This document shows, piece by piece, positions 58,445 through 64,000 of a stretch of 64,000 nucleotides of DNA. The stretch spans positions 887,013 through 951,012 of the forward strand of contig CAWDWE010000007.1 in NCBI GenBank assembly GCA_963805875.1. The letters run 5' to 3'. The notes under the pieces are model-generated. The model saw nothing but the letters and a program-made list of their open reading frames with translations. It did not search any database and was not told the DNA's origin. Origin of the DNA: Pirellulaceae bacterium. Lineage in GTDB: Bacteria > Planctomycetota > Planctomycetia > Pirellulales > Pirellulaceae. Every line of letters begins with the position of its first letter. Position 1 is the first letter of the stretch. The position numbers were made by a program, and so were the translations under genes.

Positions 58445-59062
58445 ATGAACTACCGCATATCAACGTTCTCCGCACTCGCCTGCCTCGCGGCACTCGCCGC
58501 CGGCTGCGCCACGAGCAACGACAATTCCCCCATCGTCCCGCCGCCGGAAGTCGCCGCCGCCGCCGACGTGGAGGTGGATGTCGACCGGGGCGCGATCGAG
58601 TCCCCGCCGTGGGCTTTGCCCGCAACGGGCGACCTGCCGCCGGACCCGGCTGTGGCGGACAGCCCGAGCGAAGTCGTTGTCGTCAAAGCGGCGCCCGAAA
58701 CCGACGCATCCGAACTGTTCGACGGCATACCTCCGCGGGCCAAGCAAAAAGAATCACAGTTCCAAATGCTCTCGCATACCTTCGATACGAGCGGTGGTAG
58801 TGATCGGGTGTCGATCAAGATTGACCGCTTCAGCGGGAAGACGTGGCGGCTCGATCCCGCTTCGGTGTCGTGGCTGCCCATCGCCGAAGCCGATGCCGCG
58901 GCCGCCCCCGAAGCCGCCGCCAATGCCCGCTACGCGCTGCAGGTGCAAGCGGGCGAGGCCTCCAAGTCGCCGACCGCAACCTTCCTGCGGATGGACCTAA
59001 TCACCGGCGACGCCTGGCTGTATACGCAGCAGCAAGGCGCCTGGAAATCGCTCGCCCCGTAG
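58445..59062 (+). CDS. lipoprotein paralog of 57842..58291 (same two-repeat motif)
   Basis: MNYRISTFSALACLAALAAGC lipobox. Pro/Ala-rich linker. Repeats IKIDRFSGKTWRLDP...SWLPIAE and FLRMDLITGDAWLYTQQQGAWKSL. Confidence 0.55.
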   Translation: MNYRISTFSALACLAALAAGCATSNDNSPIVPPPEVAAAADVEVDVDRGAIESPPWALPATGDLPPDPAVADSPSEVVVVKAAPETDASELFDGIPPRAKQKESQFQMLSHTFDTSGGSDRVSIKIDRFSGKTWRLDPASVSWLPIAEADAAAAPEAAANARYALQVQAGEASKSPTATFLRMDLITGDAWLYTQQQGAWKSLAP

Positions 59063-59320
59063 CACCACTCATTTCGGCGAGCTTGACCCACCCTACGGGG
59101 CAGGTGGGGCTCCCAGCCCGCATTGGGGGCGCTGCCCCACTTTCCGGCAAAACCTCGCCAACCGGTCTCGACTGAATGAATTTTTCTTCAGTATCGGGGC
59201 ATTTCGCGAACGATCCAATTTATGGATGCGATGATTGTATGTGGACAGAGAAAGCCCAGCTTCCGCCTATCGTATAGGTGGATGTGATGCGGCTGAATTT
59301 CTACGGGGGTGCCAAGCTTT

Positions 59321-60442
59321 ATGAATTTCCTCAAGCGTGAAACTGCTTTGGCCGAGCGTCTGACGCCGGGATTGCTGGCCCAGTTGGAAGCAGTTCCCTT
59401 CGAGAAGAAAGAGTCGCGCGGCAACCCGACAATCGAGATGTTTCGCGCCGCCAAGGGGCCGGCGCTGATCGTTTCCAAAGAGCTGGGCGGAATCGGCGCT
59501 TCGCCGGTCGAGGCGATTCGCTACCAACGCGCGATGGGGGCGGCGGCGCCTTCCATGGCCCTGGCGACCAACATGCACCACTTCACGGTGGCCCTGCTGA
59601 ATGACTATGCGGAAAGCTCCGCCGCAATACGCTACCTCCTCAAGGCAGCGGTGGAAAACAGTTGGTATCTCGCCTCCGGTTTCGCCGAAGGGGCCACGGC
59701 CCAAAGCACCCTCACTCCGAACATGATCGCCCATCCCAACGGGCCAAACTACGTCGTCAGCGGACGGAAGAAACCATGCAGCTTGTGTGAAAGCATGGAT
59801 GTCTTGACCGCTTCGGTCGGCGTGCCCAATGAGACGGGCGGTGAACGCTTCGGCGTGGCGATCATTCCCGCCAACTCGGTCGGTATGACAATTAAGCCCT
59901 TTTGGACCAGCACCATCTTGGCGGGGGCCGAGTCCGAAGAGGTGATCCTCGAAGATGTCGTCGTCACCGAGCAGAACATGTTCCTGCCGGGCGAGGAGCT
60001 GGACCCGGCCGCCATGCAAGCCGGCAGCTTCGTCTGGTTTCAATTGCTCACCTCAAGCTGCTACCTGGGCGTCGGCAGCGCCCTGATGACTCAACTCATC
60101 AAGAGCCAAAAGGGCTCGGCCGAGGGGCGAATCGATGTCGCCTGCGACTTGGAAGGGGCAATGGCCATGCTGGAAGGGGTCGCCCACGACTTCCAAACCG
60201 GCCCGCTCGACGACGCCCTGATCACGCGGGCCTTGTTCGCCCGTTACACCGTGGCGCAAGCCCTGATTCGCACGACCAGCCGCGCCGCGGAAATGCTCGG
60301 GGGCATGGCCTTCATGAGCAGCGAACGGGTCAGCTACCTGATGGCCGCTGTCCGCTGCCTGGCCTTTCACCCGCCGTCCAAATCGTCCGTCAGCGACAGC
60401 CTGGACGGATATCTCAGCGGCCAGCCGTTTCATTTTGTGTAG
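59321..60442 (+). CDS. acyl-CoA dehydrogenase-like family protein
   Basis: Length and ...SKELGGIGASPVEAIRYQRAMGAA... / ...LGGMAFMSSERVSYLMAAVRCLAFH... resemble the ACAD N- and C-terminal helical domains. Catalytic residue not verified. Confidence 0.45.
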   Translation: MNFLKRETALAERLTPGLLAQLEAVPFEKKESRGNPTIEMFRAAKGPALIVSKELGGIGASPVEAIRYQRAMGAAAPSMALATNMHHFTVALLNDYAESSAAIRYLLKAAVENSWYLASGFAEGATAQSTLTPNMIAHPNGPNYVVSGRKKPCSLCESMDVLTASVGVPNETGGERFGVAIIPANSVGMTIKPFWTSTILAGAESEEVILEDVVVTEQNMFLPGEELDPAAMQAGSFVWFQLLTSSCYLGVGSALMTQLIKSQKGSAEGRIDVACDLEGAMAMLEGVAHDFQTGPLDDALITRALFARYTVAQALIRTTSRAAEMLGGMAFMSSERVSYLMAAVRCLAFHPPSKSSVSDSLDGYLSGQPFHFV

Positions 60443-60454
60443 GGCGGCTCCGCG

Positions 60455-60700
60455 CAGCGGTACTAGGCCCGGCATTCATGCCGGGTCCACTGACGCCGAA
60501 AACGTGGTCTGAGCCCCGTTTACGGGGCTTCTCGCTGGGAAGCTTGAGCGAGCACGAGCGATCCGACGGCTAAAGCCAACGATATCGAGAAGCCTCGTGA
60601 ACGAGGCTCAGATGACAACGCGGCGCACATCGCAGTCCCGCCGTAAACGGCGGGCCTAATACCGCTGCGCGGCGAAAGCCCCGTCAGACGGGGCTGGGGG
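60455..60700. repeat. hairpin-array repeat paralogous to 4650-4850
   Basis: CCCGGCATTCATGCCGGG, CCCCGTTTACGGGGCTTCTCGCTG, GAAGCCTCGTGAACGAGGCTC, CCCGCCGTAAACGGCGGGCCTAATACCGCTG, CCCCGTCAGACGGGG. Confidence 0.55.
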
Positions 60701-60839
60701 CGAAAACGAAACATGTGAAAAGCGCCAGCCTCGGCGGGCCGTCGTACTTGATTTGTCGCCTTGGATAGTAGTGAATGATGCTGGCCCGACCTTCGCGGCG
60801 GGCAGCAGGCGTTTCCCCTTCTATTCCAGGAGCCTCGCA

Positions 60840-61280
60840 ATGTCCCAGCAAAGCGTGCAAGTCAGCACCACGATCAGCAAGTCCCCCGCCGAGGTCATCG
60901 CCTTCATTGCCGATGTCCGCAACCGGGCCAGCTATCAGCAGGCGCTCAAGTCCGTCACCAACATCCAAGGCGAGCCGGGCCAGGTGGGCACGACGTGGAA
61001 TTGGAAGTGGGACGCCTTCGGACACGAACTCGAAGGAACCGGCCGCTGCACCGAGTACGAGGCGGGCAAGCGCTACGCCTTCGTCACCGCAGGCGGCATC
61101 GTCAGCCAGTTCACCTACGACGCCCAGGCGGCCGGGGACGGCACGAAGCTGACCATCGAAGTGCAATTCGAAATCCCCGCCCCCTTGGCCCAGGGAAAAG
61201 ACCCCGGCGAGTTGCTCGCCGCCGCCCAGCAGAAGGGCGAGGAGGCGGTGGCGCGGCTTAAGGCGGAGTTGGAGAAGTAG
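60840..61280 (+). CDS. SRPBCC family protein (polyketide cyclase/dehydrase-like fold)
   Basis: AGGAG RBS. ...VSTTISKSPAEVIAFIADVRNRASY...GTTWNWKWDAFGHELEGTGRCTEYEAGKRYAFVTAGG... has the typical Polyketide_cyc2/SRPBCC pattern. Confidence 0.6.
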   Translation: MSQQSVQVSTTISKSPAEVIAFIADVRNRASYQQALKSVTNIQGEPGQVGTTWNWKWDAFGHELEGTGRCTEYEAGKRYAFVTAGGIVSQFTYDAQAAGDGTKLTIEVQFEIPAPLAQGKDPGELLAAAQQKGEEAVARLKAELEK

Positions 61281-62995
61281 TGGGAACTTCTGCGAACACA
61301 TATTCGTGTTGCAACCATTGCGGCTTAAGCGTCGCCGACCAGAGCAACTCGTGCGTGGGCCGCTGCATCCCTGTTTCCACCGGCAGACTGCCCCAGGGGA
61401 ACTGCGGCGCCGGGCCGTTGAGATTTACGAAGTAGCCCAGCACCGAATCCAATTGCACCCCGGCGACCTCTCCGCCGGCGGCGACGAAGTAGCCTTGTTC
61501 AGCCGTGCGGCGGGCAAGCGCGGCGGCGGGCGTGAGCGGTGGGAAGGTGGCGGTGACCAGCAAATCCTCGTCCAGCGAGGTCAGCGCGGCCGCGGGCAAT
61601 CTTCCGCTGGTCTGGGCAAACAGGCGATCGGCGTAGCGGCTGGCTGACGCTCCATCCGCGCCGGGGGCGATGTTGTCGATGGTCGCGGGTTTGCCCAGCA
61701 TGGCCGCGCTCATTTGCTCAACCAAGGCCGGCGCCGCCGTGTCCATCTCGCCCCATTTCTTGGTCGGGTCGCTTTCGGCCGCCTGCATTTGCCCCAGCAA
61801 CGCCGGCGACGACTGCCGGCGAACCTCGGCGTAACGGGCGGCCACGCGCCGCCGCCAGCGGAGCATGTCGCCGGTGGCCAGCGCGTAGTTGTTTACTTGC
61901 AGAGCCAACTCGGGCGACTTGCCGCGCAGGTCGACAAACGCCGATTCGACTGGTTCCAGCAGCCCGTCGTCGGCCAATTTCGGCTGCAATTCGGCCAGCA
62001 CCTCCAGATATCGCAAATACACGGCCCGCGCCGTGTCCGGCGTTGCTCGGGCGGCGTCGGCGCGAATCACTTGGGCGACCGCGGCGATCATCTGGTCTTG
62101 GAACTGAGCATACTCGTCGGCCAACGGGTCGATCTTGGCGCCGCCGGCCCAGTCGATCGCCCGAGCGCGAAGCGTCATCAGGTAGGCCGCTTGCCAACCG
62201 ATGGCCCAGGCGGCGATAAGATCGGGGCCGTCGAGCTCTTTCCCGCCCCAGGGAGCGACGCCGGCGGCGGCGATGGCATCGGCCGAAGCGGTGACGTTTT
62301 TCACAAAGCGATCCAGCGGCGGCGTCTGCTTGTTGCGCAATTCGGTCAGGATGGCAGCCGCCTGCTCGCTGCGCAGCTCGGTCATCTTGGCCGTCGATCT
62401 GCTTTTCAGTGTCTTGGAACGGCTGGTACAGCGCGGCGGCATAACGGCTCTCGAGCCAGATCGCGCCGGGCGTCAGCTCGTCGTAGATGGCATAGATTCG
62501 ATCTTCAGCCACTTCGGGCTTGCCGTCGGTCAAAAATTTGCCGATGGTCGGAAGCTGCTTTTCCAGTGCCGCGGAGCGGGCCTTGAGCACGTTGTAGCTG
62601 TTGCCGATCACCTGGCCGAACTGCGGCAGCTTTTTATACTGCTGCACGACGCCCCCTAGCCGCCGATCCAAATCGTCCGCGCGAAAGACAAGGTCCGCGC
62701 CTGCCGGCTCCACCAGCAACGCCAACCGCTGGGCCAGGCGCCACAAGCGGTCGATCGTCACCGCTGTGCCGCCGATGTTTTTCACTTCCCGAGCGCTGGC
62801 CGCTTTGTATTTTCCCTCGCTCAGGTTCTCCTCATAACGGGCGACTTCTTCGCTGGCCTCGCGATACAAAGCGTCCGCTTGTGTGAGTAATTCCTGGCTG
62901 GCTGGTTGACCGCGCACGGGCAATAGCGCCTGTGGGTCTTGATTGCTCGGCTGGGCCAGCAGGGCGGTAATCAGTAATAGTTGGTGTGTCATCAT
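61258..62995 (-). CDS. secreted hypothetical protein. Apparent frame disruption near 62405.
   Basis: Signal peptide MMTHQLLLITALLAQPSNQ. ORF 61718..62995 (N-terminal) and ORF 61258..62442 (C-terminal) are in adjacent frames with a continuous reading after a 1-base slip. Confidence 0.5.
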
Positions 62996-63030
62996 GGAAA
63001 GTAGGCCGCGAGTCCTCTCGCGTGCCGGGA
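62990..63030. repeat. third copy of the ATGGAAAGTAGGCCGCGAGTCCTCTCGCG hairpin repeat unit
   Basis: Near-identical to 4598-4626. Contains the CGCGAGTCCTCTCGCG stem-loop. Confidence 0.55.
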
Positions 63031-63084
63031 TTCAGGTGAAACGAGTTGCTTATTGTAGACGCTCCATCATACTCGCTGCCGCGC

Positions 63085-63345
63085 TCTGCGTGGCAGCGAG
63101 GTTCACACTAGCCCGAACTGCGCGGGGCGAGGGATGGAAGGCCGGATTCCCTCGCTTACGCGTCGGGCTAGTGGGGTGGCTGGACGCCGCTGCTACGAAA
63201 GCAAAAAGCCGCTGCTGAGGAAGTCCCCAGCAGCGGCTGAACATTCAACACCGTAGGACGATTTTGTAAATCGTCCTCCCTATAGGTTGGGTTTGTAACC
63301 CGACCTGGACGGATTGTGCTGACGCACAAATCCGTCCTACGGCAA
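63085..63345. repeat. REP-like hairpin cluster (partner of 6063-6185 plus TTT-loop hairpins as at 4429-4483)
   Basis: CGCTGCCGCGCTCTGCGTGGCAGCG. CACACTAGCCCGAAC...GTCGGGCTAGTG. GGACGATTTTGTAAATCGTCC. GGGTTTGTAACCC. GGACGGATTGTGCTGACGCACAAATCCGTCC. Confidence 0.55.
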
Positions 63346-63350
63346 CACGA

Positions 63351-64000
63351 TTACAGCTTGTCCGACTCGGACGGGTCGCCGTCACGACGGGTGATCAGGC
63401 GGAGGTAGACAGCCTGATCGACATTCGGCGAGATCGTCTGCGCATGCGCGTCGGCGTAGGCGTGCAGCACGACGCTGCCGGAATGCTCGCTGCTGGGGCC
63501 AAACGAACGGCTGCCCGTGCCGCCCCAATAGCCGCCCCCTGTCTTCAAATACTTAGCAGGCGCGGGCGTTGATGTTGACGGCGCGTCGCTGCCGAATTGC
63601 AAGGCCAATTGACCGGCAGCGGCGGTGTTCCAGGAGATTTGATTGAGTGAGTTCGCGATCGGGTTGGTCCCGATGGCTGCCGATTGCGGCGAGACGGCGA
63701 CCGCCCAAGTGGAACCGCCGCTGTACCAAGAGCCATAGCCCGGCTCTTTCGATTCGCAGCAGATGATGGTATTGGAAACGCCGTCCTTCAGTTCGCGCAG
63801 GTTCACACCCTTGTAATTACACGGACTCGACCCATCCGCACAGTCGGAAATGATCGTGCCATTTTCAAACGAGTTGGCGTTATAACGCCCGGTCTTCCAG
63901 GCTGTGGCCGAGGCGAGGCCCACGTCCGTGGCGACCATCGCACAGTAGTTGCCAATCGCGGGCGTCAAATTAGCTGCTACCATTTCCATCCGGAAGCGTT
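63351..64000 (-). CDS. DUF1559 domain protein (prepilin-type N-terminal cleavage family, planctomycete H-X9-DG protein). C-terminal portion only; the start lies beyond the window end.
   Basis: ...NSFENGTIISDCADGSSPCNYKGVNLRELKDGVSNTIICCE... and ...SEHSGSVVLHAYADAHAQTISPNVD... match the DUF1559 C-terminal region (H-x9-DG-type HxxxxxxxxxDG: HAYADAHAQ...). Confidence 0.75.
   Translation of the reverse strand, partial: RFRMEMVAANLTPAIGNYCAMVATDVGLASATAWKTGRYNANSFENGTIISDCADGSSPCNYKGVNLRELKDGVSNTIICCESKEPGYGSWYSGGSTWAVAVSPQSAAIGTNPIANSLNQISWNTAAAGQLALQFGSDAPSTSTPAPAKYLKTGGGYWGGTGSRSFGPSSEHSGSVVLHAYADAHAQTISPNVDQAVYLRLITRRDGDPSESDKL

Noticed and set aside
1-64000. CRISPR arrays, tRNA/rRNA genes, transposases/integrases
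   Set aside because: No direct-repeat/spacer periodicity was seen; the repeats present are palindromic hairpins with variable spacing. No tRNA-like T-arm/anticodon structures were found in intergenic regions. No DDE/tyrosine recombinase motifs in any ORF.

Overview
High-GC (~60-65%) contig with a clear Planctomycetota gene repertoire: two arylsulfatases with C-x-P-x-R motifs, a PSCyt1/PSCyt2/PSD1 (DUF1549/DUF1553) + DUF1501 pair, a PVC-type CxxCH heme-binding/dehydrogenase protein, a DUF1559 prepilin-like protein, many lipoproteins and secreted hypotheticals. No rRNA, tRNA, CRISPR array, transposase or integrase gene was recognised.

Main blocks:
- 9.4-13.8 kb (minus strand): a polyprenol-phosphate-sugar glycosylation operon (GT2 ArnC/DPM1-like, SAM methyltransferase, GT-C membrane glycosyltransferase, small membrane protein).
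- 30.4-32.8 kb: an NfeD-flotillin operon.
- 51.1-57.8 kb: the most interesting locus. A lysine 2,3-aminomutase (KamA, radical SAM) sits directly upstream of a 1323-aa epsilon-poly-lysine-synthetase-like (Pls/PosA-type) single-module NRPS and a C45/Ntn-type hydrolase. This predicts an unreported membrane-bound homopoly(beta-lysine/lysine)-type polymer pathway in a planctomycete.

Intergenic DNA is unusually rich in structured repeats:
- three copies of a ~125-bp MITE-like element (16-bp terminal inverted repeats) around a BON/FHA gene pair;
- a ~255-bp nested-inverted-repeat element inserted into the 3' end of the methyltransferase gene;
- several families of REP-like hairpin arrays.

At least 15 genes show single-base frame disruptions, most beside short G/C homopolymer runs. 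The assembly probably carries indel errors, although genuine pseudogenes cannot be excluded. Those genes are reported as single CDSs with the shift position noted.
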